The notes under the pieces: model-generated | What the model saw: only the letters and a program-made list of their open reading frames with translations | Told to the model about the DNA's origin: nothing | Databases searched by the model: none | Assembly (NCBI RefSeq): GCF_009914755.1 | Contig: NC_060939.1 | Strand: one strand, 5' to 3' | DNA length: 64,000 bases | Source: the human T2T-CHM13v2.0 reference genome, Homo sapiens | Position numbers and translations under genes: made by a program | In this document: positions 1 to 14,800 of the stretch, piece by piece | Position numbering within the stretch: position 1 is the stretch's first letter | How the letters are laid out: each line of letters begins with the position of its first letter

Positions 1-3000
1 ATTCCATTCGATTTCATTCAATGCTATTCGATTCCATTTTTTTCGATTCCATTCAATTCCATTTTTTGCATTTGATTCCACTCAACTCCACTCCATTCCA
101 TTGGATTCCAATCGATTCTATTTGATTCAATTTCATGTGATTCCATGTGATTCTATGCGATTCGATTACTTTCAATTCCATTGCATTCTATTCAATTCCA
201 CTCCACTCCACTTCCCTTCACTCCACTCCACTCTATGCCTGTCTATTCCACTCCACGCTTTTCCATTCCACTCCACTCCATTCTACTCCACTCAACTCCA
301 CTCAGTTCCACTGCAATCCACTCCACTCCCCTCCACTCCACTCCACACCGTTCAATTCCAGTCCCTCCCATTCCATTCCTTTCGAATCCACTCCACTCCA
401 CTGCATTTCACTCCACTCCACTCCAGTCAACTGTCCGTCACTCCATTCCATTCCACTCCACTCCACTCCATTCCATTTCTGTCCATTCCATTCCAGTCCC
501 CTCCACTCTTTTCCATTCCATTCCACTCCACTCCAGTCCATTCTATTCCATTCCACCCCAATCCCTTCCCTCCATTCCACTCCACTCCAATTCATTTCAT
601 CACATTCCATTCGATTCCATTCGATGTCATTTGATTCCATTCGCCTCATTTCCATTCAATTCCAATTTTTCCATTCGATTTCATTTGATTCCTTTCAATT
701 CCATTTGATTCCATTTGATTGCATTCAAATCGATTCCATTCTATTTGATTCCATTCTATTATATTAAATTCCTTTCCATTCCATTCTGTTCCATTCCACT
801 CCCCTTGACTCCACTCCACTCCATTCCTTTCCACTACATTTGTCTCCACTCCTTTCCATTCCAATCCACTCCATTCCAGTCCATCCCACTCCACTCAATT
901 CCACTCCACTCCACTACATTCCACTCCACTTTGTTGAATTCCATTTCTTCTCATTCCATTCCAATCCATTCCTCTCAACTCTACTGCACTCCATTCAATT
1001 CCTTCCACTCCATTCAATTCCACTCCATTCCACTCCACTCCACTTCACCATATTCCATTCAATTCCATTCAATGCTATTCGTTTCCATTCAATTCAATTC
1101 CATACGATTTGGTTTGTTTCCATGTCATTCCATAAAATTCCATGCAATTCCATTCCATTCCATTCCGCTCCATTCCACTCCACTCCACTCCATTCCATTC
1201 CACTCCATTCCACTGCACTTCACTTCACCGCATTTCATTCGATTCCATTCGTTGTCATTCGATTCCATTCAATTCAATCCCATTTGATTCCATTCGATTA
1301 CTTTTTTCCATTCAATTCCATTTGATTCTATTCCATTCCATTTGATTCCATTCGATTCCATTGGATTCAATTTCATGCGATTCCATGTGATTCCATTCCA
1401 TTCCATTCCACTCTCTTTCAATCCACTCCAGTCCACTTCACACCACTCCATACCACTCCACTCCATTCCATTCCACTCCTCTCCTTTCCATTCCACTCCA
1501 ATCCACTGCATTCCACTCCACTCCAATCCACTCCTCTCCACACCACTCCACTTCAATCCCTTCAATTCCATTCCTTCCCATTCCATTTCATTCCATTCGA
1601 TTCATCTCCCTTCCATTCCATTTCAGTCGAATCCCCAACACTCCATTCCAGTGCACTGCACTCCAATCCACTCATTTCTATTCCATTCCACCTGCATCGA
1701 TTCCACTCCATTCCACTGCACTCCACTACACTGCATTCCATTCGATTGCATACAATGCCATTCAATTCCATTCGATTTGATTCCATTCCATTCCATGCGA
1801 TTCCATTTTTTCCATTCGATACCATTTGATTTCTTTCAATTCTACTTGACTCCATTCCATTCCATTCTTTTCTATTCCATTCCATTCGATGTCTTTTGAT
1901 TCCATTCCATTCCATTCCATTCCATTGTGTTCCACTCCACTCCACTCCACTCCACTCCATTCCTCTCCACTCAATTCCATTCCAATCCTCTCCATTCCAC
2001 TCCATTCCATTCCAGTCCTTTCCAGTCCACTCCATTCCACCTCCCTCCACTCCAGTCCACTCCAGTCCAAACCATTCCCTTCAATTCCTTCCCATTCTTT
2101 TCCATTCTTCTCCATTCCTCTCCATTCCACTCCACTCCCTTCAATTCCACTCTACCCCAATCCATTTCACTCCATTATACTTCACTCCACTTCAACGTTC
2201 GATTCCATGTGATGCCATTCGATTCAATTCAATTCAATTCAATTTCATTCGATTCCATTGGATTTCATTTTGTCAGTTCCATTCCATTCGATTCCAGTCG
2301 AATCAATTTGACTTGATTCGATTCCATTCGATTTGTTTCCATTTGATTCCATGTGATTCCATTCCTTTCCATTCCCTTACATTCCATTCCAATCCAATCC
2401 AATCCATGCCATTCCACTCCACTCCATTCTACTCCATTACATTCCTCTCCACTCCACCCCACTCCATTCAATGCCATTCCACCCCATTCCTTTCCACTCC
2501 ATTCCACTCCACTCCAATGTACCACATTCCATTCGATGCCATTCGATGTCATTCAATTTCATTTTATTCATTTCCGTTCGATTCCATTCGTTACCATTTT
2601 TTCTTTCCATTCCATTCGATTCCTTTCCATTCCATTTGATTCCGTTCAATTCGATTCGATTCAATTCCATCCAATTCCATGCGTTTCCAGGCAACTCCAT
2701 TCCATTTCATTCCATTCTTTTCTATTCCATTCCACTCCACTCCACTCCAATCCAATCCACTCCACTCCACTCTGCTCAATTCCATTCCTTCCCATTCTAT
2801 TCCAATCCACTCCACTCCACTCCATTCAATTACATTCCACACCATTCCATTTCTCTCCATTCCACTCCACTCCACTCCACTTCACTGTATTCCACTCAAT
2901 TCTATTAGATGCCATTCAATTCCATTATATTATATTCCATTCAATTCCATTCGATTCCGTTTCTTCCCTTTAATTCCATTCTATTCCTTTCGATTCCATT

Positions 3001-6000
3001 CCATTCCATTCCATTCCATTCCATTCCATTAAATTTCATTCTATTCCATTCCATTCCATTCCACTCCATTCCAATCCACTCCACTCCAATCCATTCCACT
3101 CCATTCCTCTCCACTCCATTCCATTCCAATCCACGCCAATCCATTCCACTCCATTCCATTCCACTCCATTCCACTCCACTATATTCCACTCCACTCCACT
3201 CCACTCCTTTCAATTCCATTCTACCCCATTCCAATCCAGTCCATTCCATTCCACTCCACTGCACTCCATTCCATTCCATTCGATGTCATTTGATTCCATT
3301 GGATTCCATTTCATTTGATTTCATTTGATTCCACTTTTTCCATTTGATTCCATTCGATTCCATTTTATTCGATTCAGTACGATTCGATTCATTTTTTACA
3401 TGTGATTCCATGCGATTCCATGTCAACCCATTCCATACCATTCCATTCCATTCCATTCTACTCCCCTCCACTGCACTCCATTCAATTCCATTCCACCCCA
3501 TTCCATTCCACTCCATTCTACTCCACTCCACTCCACGTCACCACATTCCACTCGATTCCATTCAATGCCATTGGATTCAATTCCATTCATTTACATTTGA
3601 TTCCATTCAATTCCATTCCATTACAGTCGATTCCATTTGATTCCAATCCGTTCAAATTAATTCCATTCTGTTCCGTTCCAATCCACTCCACTCCACTCCA
3701 GTCCACGCCTCTCCATTCCACTCCACTCCATTCCATTCCACTCCTCTCTATGCCATTCCAATCTACGCCACTCCACTCCTTTCAATTCCATTTCTTTCTA
3801 TTCCATTCCATTCCACTCCACAACATTCGAATCCACTCCACTCCATTGAATTCCATTCCACCTCACTCAATTCCACTCCAGTCCACTCCACTACACCGCA
3901 TTCCATTCCTTTCCATTCAATACGATGCCATTCGTTTCCTTTCGATTTGATTCCCTTCAATTCCGTTTGATTCCATTCAATTCCATTCTATTCCATTCGA
4001 TTCTATTAGATTCTTTATTTTCCATTTGATTCCAATCGATTACATTCGATTCCATTCCATTCCATTTCATTCCATTCCATTCCACTCCACTCCACTCCAC
4101 TCCATTCTATTCCTCCCCATTACTCTCCACTACATTCCATTGAAATCCACTCTAATCCACTCCATTTTATTCCAATCCGTTCCACTCCACTCCATTCCAC
4201 ACCCCTCCACTCCACTCCTATTCTATTCCATTCCTTCTCTTTCCATTCCCTTCCACTCCATTCCAGCCAATTCCCTTCCACTGCATTCAATTCCATTATA
4301 ACCCATTCCATTCCCCTCCAATCAACTTCACTCCACTTCACTTCACCACATTTGATTTGATTCCACTCAATGCCATTTTATTCCATTTGATTCGATTCCA
4401 TTCAATTCCATTTGATTCCATTTTTTCCATTTGATTCCATTCGATTTAACTTGATTCCATTCAATTCTATTCGATTCGATTCGTTTCCATGTGATTCCAT
4501 TCCATTCCATTCCATTCCATTCTATTCCACTCCACTACACTCCACTCCATTCCATTCCATTCCATTTCAATACAATCCATTCCACTCCACTCCACCTCAC
4601 TGCACTCTGTTCAACTCCATTACAGTCGAATCCACTCCACTCCACTCCATTCCATTCCACTCCAGTCCATTCCAATCCACTCCACTCCACTCCATTCCTC
4701 TCCACTCCATTCTGCTCCATTCCAATCCACTCCAATCCATTCCACTGAACTGCATTCAACCCAAATGCATTCCACTCTATTCCATACCATTCCATTCCAT
4801 TTCATTCTATTCTGTTCCATTCCAATAAAATCCACTCCATTCCATTCTATTCCATTCCACTCCAATAGAATCCACTCCATTCCATTACACTCCACTCCAC
4901 TCCAATTCACCAGACTCTATTAGATTCCATTCCACTCCAATCCACTCCACTGCATTCCATTGCACTCCTCTCCCCTCCACTTCACTGCATTCCATTCCTT
5001 TCCATTCCATTTCATTCCATTCAATTCCAATCCATTCCACTCCATTCAATTCCATTCCATTCAATTCCATTCCCTTCCACTCCATTCCATTCCATTCCAT
5101 TCCATTCCACTCCATTCCATTCCATTCCATTCCATTCCATTCCACTCCATTCCATTCCATTCCATTCCACTTCACTTCTCCACATTCCATTTGGTTTCAT
5201 TCTATGCCATTTGATTCCTTTCAATTCGATTAGATTCGATTCCATTTGATTCCATTTTGTCCATTCTTTTCCATTAGATTAAATTCGATTGCATTCGATT
5301 CATTCAATTTGATTCAATTTGATTGGATACGTTTCCATGCGATTCCATGAGATTCCATTGGATTCCTTCCATTCCATTCCATTCCATTCCACTCCATTCC
5401 ATTCCATTCCACTCCCCTCCTTTCCACTCCACTCCATTGCACTCCAGTCCGTTTCACTCCACTCCTATCCATTACATTCCACTCCAATCGACTCTACTCC
5501 ATTACAGTCCACTCCAATCCATTCCACTCCAGTGCATTCAACTCAACTGCATTCCATTCCATTCCATTCCATTCCATTGCACTCCAATACACTCCACTCC
5601 ATTCCATTCCATTCTACTCCACTCCAATTCATCCCATTCCATTCAATTCCATCCCACTCCACTCCAATCCACTCCATTCCACTCCATTCCACTCCACTCA
5701 ACTTCACTTCACCGCATTCCATTCAGTTCCATTCGATGCCATTCGATTCCTTTCTATTCGATTCCATTCAATTCCATTCGATTACCTTTTGTCCATTCTA
5801 TTCCATTCGATTAAATTCAATTCCATTCGATTACATTTGATTTGATTCGATTCGATTGGATATGTTTCCATGCAATTCCATGCGGTTACATTCCATTCCA
5901 TTCCATTCCATTCCATTCCATTCCATTCCATTGCATTCCACTCCACTCCATTCCACTCCACTCCATTCCACTCATCTCCTCTCCACTCTATTCAAATCTA

Positions 6001-9000
6001 TTGCACCCCATTCTATTCCACTCCATTCCACTTCACTCCACTGCACTTCACTGCATTCCATTCCAATACATTCAATGCCATTGGAATCCATTCGATTCAG
6101 TTCTATTCCATTTTTTGCATTCAATTCCATTCGATTCCATTCGATTCCATTCAATTCTATTTTTTCCATTTGATTTTTTTTGATTCATTTCCATGCGAAT
6201 CGATGTGATTCCATTCCGTTCCATTCCATTCCATTGCACTCCCTTCCACTCCACTCCAAACCTTTCCACTCCATTCAGTTCCATTTCACCCAATTTCTTT
6301 CCACTCCATTCCACTCCAGTGCTCTCAACTTCTCTGCATTCTATTCCATTCTATTCGATGCCATTCAATTCCATTCGATTCGATTCCATTCCATTCAATT
6401 CGATTCAATTAATTCCATTCAATTCCATTCGATTCAATTGGATTTGATTTGATTTGATTCGCTTCCATGTGATTCCATGAGATTCCATTCCATTCCATTA
6501 CATTCCACTCCACTCCATTCCACTGCACTCCACTCCACTTCATTGAATTCCATTCATTTCCATTCCATTTCATTCCACTCCACTGCATTCCACTCCACCT
6601 CACACCACTTCACGGCATTCCATTTGATTCCATTCGATGCCTTTCGATTCCATTCGTTTCGATTTCATTCGATTCCATTTGATTCCTTTTTACTATTCAA
6701 TTCCATTCGATTTCATTTGATTCCATTTGATTCAATGCTATTCGATTCGATTCGCTTCCAAGCAATTCCATGCTATTCCATTCCTCTCCTTTCCACTCCA
6801 CTCCTTTCTACTCCACTCCACTCCACTGAATTCAATTCCATTCCAACCCATTCCATTCCACCCCATTACATTCCACTCAACTCCACTCCACTTCATCGCA
6901 TTCCATTTCCTTCCATTCCATGCCATTTAATTCCATTCGATTCGATTGCATTCGATTCCATTTGATTCCTTTTTACTATTCAATTCCTTTCGATTTCATT
7001 TGATTCCACTTGATTCAATTCTATTCGATTCGATTCGCTTCCATGCAATTCCATGCTATTCCGTTCCTCTCCTTTCCACTCCACTCCTTTCTACTCCACT
7101 ACACTCCACTGAATTCAATTCCATTCCAACCCATTCCATTCCACCCCATTACATTCCACTCAACTCCACTCCACTTCATCGCATTCCATTTCCTTCCATT
7201 CCATGCCATTTAATTCCATTTGATTCAATTGCATTCAATTCCATTAGATTCCATTTTTTCCCTTTGATTCCATTTGATTCCATTCGATTCCATTAGATTT
7301 TATTTGATTTGATTCGAATCGATTCGATTTGTTTCCATGCAATTCCATGCGATTCCCTTCCATTCCATTCCATTCTGCTTTATTCCATTCCAATCCACTT
7401 CACTGCACTTCACCGCATTCCATTCCATTCCATTCCATTCTATTCCATTCCATTCCATTCCATTCCATGTCATTTCATCCCACTGCACTCCATTCCACTC
7501 CACCCCACACCACATGACGACATTCCATTCAATTGCATTCGATGCCATTTGATTCCATTCATTTCAGTTCCATTGGATTCCATTCGATTACATTTTGTCC
7601 ATACAATTCCATTCGATTCCATTCGATTCGATTCTACCCGATTCGATTCGTTTCCATGCGATTCCATGTGATTGCATTTCGTTCCAATTCATTCCAATCG
7701 TTTCCACTCCACCCCACTCCATTCCACTCTTATCCACTCCAATCCAATCAATTCCATTCCACCCTATTCTATTCCACTCCATTCCTCTCCACTCTTCTCC
7801 ACTTTGCTCACTTCATTCCATTCCATTCAATGACAATCTTATTCCAATCCATTCCACTCCACTCCACTCCACTTCGCTCATTTCATTCCATTCCATTCCA
7901 TGTCATTCGATACCATTTGATTCGATTCCATTCTCTTCGATTCAATTCCACCTTTTCCATTCGATTCCATTCGATTTGATACGATTCAATTCGCTTCGTT
8001 ACCATGCGATTCCATGTGATTCCATGCGATTCCATTCCATTCCATTCACTCCACTCCACTACAATCAATTCCATTCCACCCCATTCCATTCCACTCCATT
8101 CCACTCCACTCTACTTCACCGCATTACATTCGATTTCATTTGACGCCATTCATATCCATTCGATTCAATTCCATTCAATTCCATTTTTTTGATTCCATTC
8201 AATTCTGTTTGATTCCATGCAATTCCGTGTGATACCATGAGATTCCATTCCATTCCATTCCATTTAATTCTATTCCATTACACTACACTAAACTACACTC
8301 CATGCCACTCCATTCCACTCCACTCCATTCCACTCCACTCCATTCCATTCCTCTCCAATCCACTCCAATCCACTGCACTCCACTCCCTTCAATTCCATTC
8401 CATCCCTTTCCATTCCATTCTATTCCATTCCATTCCACTCCACTCCACTCCACTCCACTCCATTCCATTCCATTCCAATCCATTCCATTCCACTCCACTC
8501 CTTTGCACTCCACTCAATTCCATTCCAGTCCACTCCACTCCAATACACTCCACTCCATTCCATTCCACTCCAATTCTCCGCAATCCATTCCATTCCATTC
8601 CACTCCAATCCACTCCACTCCACTCCTGTCCATTCCACTCTATTCCTTTCCACTCCACTCCAGTGCACTTCACCACATTCCATTCCATTCCATTCAATTC
8701 TGTTCTATTCCATTCCATTCCATTGCATTCCATTCCATTCCGTTCCATTCCATTCCATTCCATTCCCCTCCACTCCATTCTACTCCATTTCACACCACTT
8801 CACTGCATTCCATTCGATTGCATTCGTTTCCATTTTATTCGATTTGATTTGATTTGTTTCGTTTCATTGCGATTACAGACTATTCCATGTGATTCCATTC
8901 CATTCCATTCCACTCCATTCCTCTCCACTCGATTCCATTCCACTCCACTCTACTCCATTCAATTCCATTCCACCACATTCCATTCAAATCCATTCGACTC

Positions 9001-11820
9001 CACACCACTCCACTTCACCGCATTCCATTCCATTCCATTTGATGTAATTTGATTCCATTTGATTCCATTCGATTGTAATTTTTCCATTCAATTCCATTTG
9101 ATTCCATTCGTTTCCATGTGATTCGATTTGATTCGATTCAATTTGATTCCATGCGATTCCATTCGATTCCATGCGGTTCCATTCTGTTCCATTAAATTCC
9201 ATTCTATTTCCCTCCAGTCCACTCCATTCAATTCCATTCCACCTCATTACATTCCACTCCATTCCTCTCCACTCTACTGCACTTCATCGCTTTCATTCGA
9301 TTCCATTCGATGCCAATCGATTTCATTTGATTTGATTCCATACGATTCCATTCAATTTCATTTTTTCCATTCAATTCCATTTGATTCCATTCCATTCCAT
9401 TTGATTCCATTCGAATCTACTCTGTTCGATTCCGTGTGATTTCAAGCGATTCCATGCGATTCCGTTTCATTCCATGCCATTCCATTCTAGGCCATTCCAC
9501 TCCACTTCACTCCACTCCACTCCACGCCCATCCATTCCTCTCCACTGCACTCCATTCCACTCCCGTACACTCTGTTCAATTCCATCCCTCCGCATTCTAT
9601 TCCATTCCACTCTATTCCACTCCACTCCACTCCATTCAATTCCATTCCACCCCATTCCATTGCACTCCACTCCATTACACTCCACTCTACTTCACCTCAT
9701 TCCATTCTATTCCATTCGATGCCATTCGATTCCATTCGATTCGATTCCATTTGATTCCATTCGATTCCATTTTTTCCATTCAGTTTCTTTTGATTGCTTT
9801 CAATTCCTTTGGATTCCATTCCATTCATTCAATTTGATTCCATTAATTATGATTCCATTCGATTGCATTCGATTCCATTCCATTCCATTTCATTCCATTC
9901 AATTCCGATCCATTCCACTCCATTCCACTCCACTGCATTTAATTCAGTTCCACCCCATTTATTCCATTCCCCCCCATTCCACTCCACTCCACTCCCCTCC
10001 ACTCCGTTCTATTCCATTCCTTCCCATTCCATTCCATTCCACTCCACTCCACTCCATTCAATTCCATTCCCCCTCATTCCATTTCACTCCATTGAACTCC
10101 ATTTCACCGCATTCCATTCCATTCCATTCACTGACATTCAATTCCTTTTGATTTCATTTTTTCCATTCATTTCCATTCGATTCCAATCTATTCCATTCTA
10201 TTCCATTCAATTCGATTCAATTCAATTCGCTTCCATGTGATTTCATTTGATTCCATGAGTTTCCATTCCATTCCATTCCATTCCATTACACTCCATTCCA
10301 CTTCACTCCATCAGAATCCACACCACTCCACTCTGTTCAATTCCATTTCACCCCATTTCACTCCAGACCACTCCACTTCACCTCATTCCATTCCTTTCCA
10401 TTCCAGGCCATTCGATTCCAATCTATTCAATTCCTTTCGATTCTGTTCGATTCCATTCGATGTCATTTGATTTGATTTGATTCATTTCCATGAGATGCCA
10501 TGCACATAAATGTGATTCCATTCCACTCCATTCCACTCCACTCTTTTCCAATCCTCTCCACTCCACTGCATTGAGTTCCATTCCACCCCATTCCATTCTA
10601 CTGCATAACACTCAACTCCACTTCACCACGTTCCATTCCATTTCAGTATTTGATTCATTCAATTCCATTCAATTCCATTTTATCCATTTGATTCCATTCA
10701 ATTCCATTCTATTCTATTCGATTCGCTTTGATTCGTTTCCATGTCATTCCATGCGATACCATGCGATTCCTTTCCATTCCACTAAATTCCATTCTATTCC
10801 ATTCCACTCCACTCCATTCAATTGCATTCCACCCCATTCAATTCCACTCCATTCCACTCCACTCCACTTCACCAAATTCCATTCGATAAGCATTTGATGT
10901 CATTTGATTCCATTTGATTTGATTCCATTCGATTCCATTTTTCCATTCGATTCCATTCAATTCCATTCCATTCCATTCAATTCCATTTTATTCGATTGAT
11001 TCAATTCCATAGAATTTCTTGCATTTCCATGTCATACTTTCCATTCCATTCCATTCCATTCTATTCCAATCCTCTCCACTCCACTCCATGCCACTCCATT
11101 CTACTCTACTCCATTACATTCCACTCCACTCCATTCCACTCTGCTCTACTCCACTCCATTAAGTTCAATTCCATTCCTTCCTATTCCATTCCATTCCACT
11201 CCATTCCACTGCACTCCACTCTACTACCTTCAATTCCATTCCACCCAATTCCATTCCACTCCTTTCCACTCCACTCCACACTACTGCATTCCATTCGATT
11301 CCATTCGATGCCATTCGATTCCATTCGATTCTATTCCATTCGAATCTACTCGATTCCATTTACTCCACTCGAATCCATTTTATTCCATTCGATTCCAATC
11401 GATTCCATTCGATTTGATTCAATAAGATTCCATTCGTTTCCATGCGATTCCATGTGATTCCATTCCATTCCATTCCATTCCATTCCAATTCATTCCCTTA
11501 TATTCCAATCCATTCGACTCCTCTCCATTCCACTCCACTCCATTCCGCTCCACTCCATTCCACTCCACTTCACTCCAATCCAGTCTATTCCATTCCACTT
11601 TATTCCATTCCACTCCATTACACTCCAATCCAATCCACTTCACCACGCTCCATTCCATTCCATTCGATGCCACTGGATTCCATTCGATTAGATTCCATTC
11701 GATTCCGTTCGATTCCATTTTTTCCATTCAATTCCATTCGATTCTATTCAATTCCATTCTATTCCATCTGATTCTTTTCAATTCCTTTTGATTCGTTCGC
11801 GTGCGACTCCATGTGATTCC
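1..11820 (+). repeat. Satellite III-type (HSat3-like) array, domain I: CATTC/CACTC pentamers alternating with ATTCG/ATTTG-rich blocks
   Basis: Continuous diverged (CATTC)n/(CACTC)n. Recurrent blocks contain CATTCGATTC, TTTGATTC, short T runs and the motif TTTCCATG(C/T)GATTCC. The last such motif is at ~11809. The array runs off the left edge of the window. Confidence 0.93.
6660..7235 (+). repeat. Tandem duplication with 283-bp period within satellite domain I
   Basis: gattcctttttactattcaattcc occurs at 6681 and 6964. Near-identical ORF translations start at 6727 and 7010, an offset of 283. Confidence 0.9.
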
Positions 11821-14800
11821 ATTCCATTCCATTCCATTCCACTGCATTCCACTCCACTCCATTCCACTCCACTCGACCCCACTCCATTCAATTCCCTTCC
11901 ACCCCTTTCTGTTCCACTCCATTCCACTCCACTCCACTCCATTCCACTCCACTACATTAAACTCCACTCAACTCCACTCAACTCCATTCAATTCCATTTC
12001 ATTCCATTCCACTGCAGTTCGATACACTGCACTCCACTGCACTCCACTCCATTCCATTCTGTTCCATTCTGTTCCATTCTGTTCCATTGCATTCCACTCA
12101 ATTCCATTCCATTCCACTCCACTGCACTCCACTAAACTCCATTCTGTTCCGCTCGAGTTCACTCCATTCCACTTGACTCCATTCCACTCGACTCCATTCC
12201 ACTCCATTCCATTCCATTCCTCTCCATTCCACTCCGTTCCACTCCACTCCATTCCAATCCACTCCATTCCACTCCACTCCAATCCATTCCCCTCCATTCC
12301 ATTCCAGCCCACTCCATTCCATTCCATTCTACTCCATTCCATTACATTCCTTTATTTCGACTGGATATGACTCTGTCACCCACACAGTAGTGCAGTAGCA
12401 CATTCTTAGCTCACATTTCATTTCACCTTTCCATTTCATTTTATTCCACTCCATTCCATTCCATTCCAGTTCATTCCATTCCATTCCATTCCACTGGATT
12501 CCTCTCCACTCCTCCCCACTACACTCCTCTCCACTCCGTTCTGTCTGTTCTATTCCATTCCATTTGATTCCATTGCATTCCATTACATTCCATTGCATTC
12601 CTCTTCACTCCATTCCATACCACTCCATTCTACTCCACTCCACTGCACTCCAATCCACTCCACTCCTCTCCAGTACACACCACTCCACTCAACTCCACTC
12701 CACTCCACTCCTTTCCACTCCCTTCCATTCCATTCCATTCTACTGCACTCTGATCCACTAAACTCATCTTCATTCAACTCCACTCCACTCCTTTCCATTC
12801 CGTTCCTTTCCAGTCCATTCCGTTCCATTCCATTCCATTCAATTCCATTCCATTCCCCTCCACTCCATTCCAGTCCATCCTCCTCCACTCCATTCCACTC
12901 CACTCTATTCCACTCCATTCCAACCCACTCCATTCCACTCCAATCCTTTCAATTCCCCTCCACTCCACTGCATTCCACTCCCCTCCTCTACATTCCACTC
13001 CATTCCATTCAACTCCATTCCATTCCATTCCATTCCACTCCATTCCATGCCACTGCTTTCTACTGCATTCCATTTGACTCCACTCCACTCCATTCCCCTC
13101 ATTCTATTCCAATCCACTCCATTCCCTTCCATTCTATTCCATTCCATTGCATTCCTTTATTTCCACCGGATCCCTCTCTGTCACCCAGACTGGAGTTCAG
13201 TGGCAGAATCTTAGCTTACATTTCATTTCACGTTTCCATTCCATTCCATACTATTCCATTCTATTCCATTCCATTCCATTCCATTCCGTTCCATTGTCCT
13301 CTTCTCCACTCCTTTTCACTACACTCCTTTAAATTCCAATACATTCCTTTCCATTCCACTCCACGGCAATCCGATCCACCTCACTCAACACCACTCCATT
13401 CCACTCCACTTTGTTCCATTGGGTTCCATTCCATTCCATTGCATTCCATTCCTTTCCATTCCATTCTGTTCCATTCCATTCCGTTCCATTCCATTCCATT
13501 CCACTCCATTCCATTCCACTACTTTCCACTCCATTCCACTGCACTCCTCTACACTCCATTCCATTCCATTCCATTCTGTTCCGTTCCATTCCATTCCATT
13601 CCATTCTACTACATAACAATCCACTCCACTTCACTCCACTACAGTCCTTTCCATTCCATTCCGTTCACTTCCATTCTATTCTATTCCATTCCACTGCATT
13701 CCGATCCACTCCACTCAACTCCACTCCACTCCACTCCACTGCAATCCGTTCCATTCCGTTCCAATCCATTCCATTCTGCTCCGTTCCACTCCATTCTGTT
13801 CCACTGCACTGCTATCCACTCCACTCTATTTCACTCCACTCCACTCCATTCCACTCCACTCCACTCCAATCCACTCCACTATACTCCATTCCAATTCATT
13901 CCATTCCATTCCTTTCCATTCCACTCCATTCCACTGCATTCCATTCGACTCCCTTCCACAAAACTCCATTCCACTGCACTCCATTACACTCCCCTCCACT
14001 CCCCTCCATTCCATTCCACTCCTTTCCATTCCACTCCTTTCCATTCCATGCCATTCCATTCCATTGCATTCCACTCCCCTCCATTCCATTCCACCCCATT
14101 CCACTCCACTCAACTCCACTCCACTCCATTCCACTCCAATGCACTAAACTCCACTCCACTCCACTCCATTCCACTCCACTGCACTAAACTCCACTCCACT
14201 CAACTCCATACCACTCCATTCCATTCCATTCCATTCCACTGCAGTCCAATCCACTCCACTCAACTCTTTTCCAATCCACTCTACTACACTCTGTTCCATT
14301 ACATTCCCTTCCATTCTGTTCCCTTCCATTCCATTCCACTCCACTCCTTTCCACTCCACTCCACTACGTTCCATTCCGTTCCTTTCCATTACACTCCATT
14401 CCGTTCCATTCCATTCCACTCAATTACACTACACTCTACTCCACTCCATTCCACTCCACTCCACTCCATTTCATTTCACTCCATTCTTTCCATTCCTCTC
14501 CATTCCACTCCGTTTCATTCCACTCAATTCCACTCCATTACACTACACTCCATTCCACTCCACTGCATTCCAATCCACACCACTCCATTCCTCTCTATTC
14601 CATTCCATTCCACTCCATTACATTGCATTGCATTCCATGGAATTCCACTCCATTGCCCTACAAGCCACTCCACTCCATCCCACTACACTGCATTCCTCTC
14701 CATTCCATTCCACTCTACTCTGTTCTATTCCTTTCTACTCTTTTCCATTCCTTTATTTCGACTGGATATCACAATGTCACCCAGACTGGAGTGCAGTGGC

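Noticed and set aside
1-11820. Calling domain I HSat2 because of CATTCGATTC
   Set aside because: The GATGAT-containing ~23-26-bp units typical of HSat2 are absent, and long CATTC/CACTC tracts dominate. A k-mer classification would settle it.
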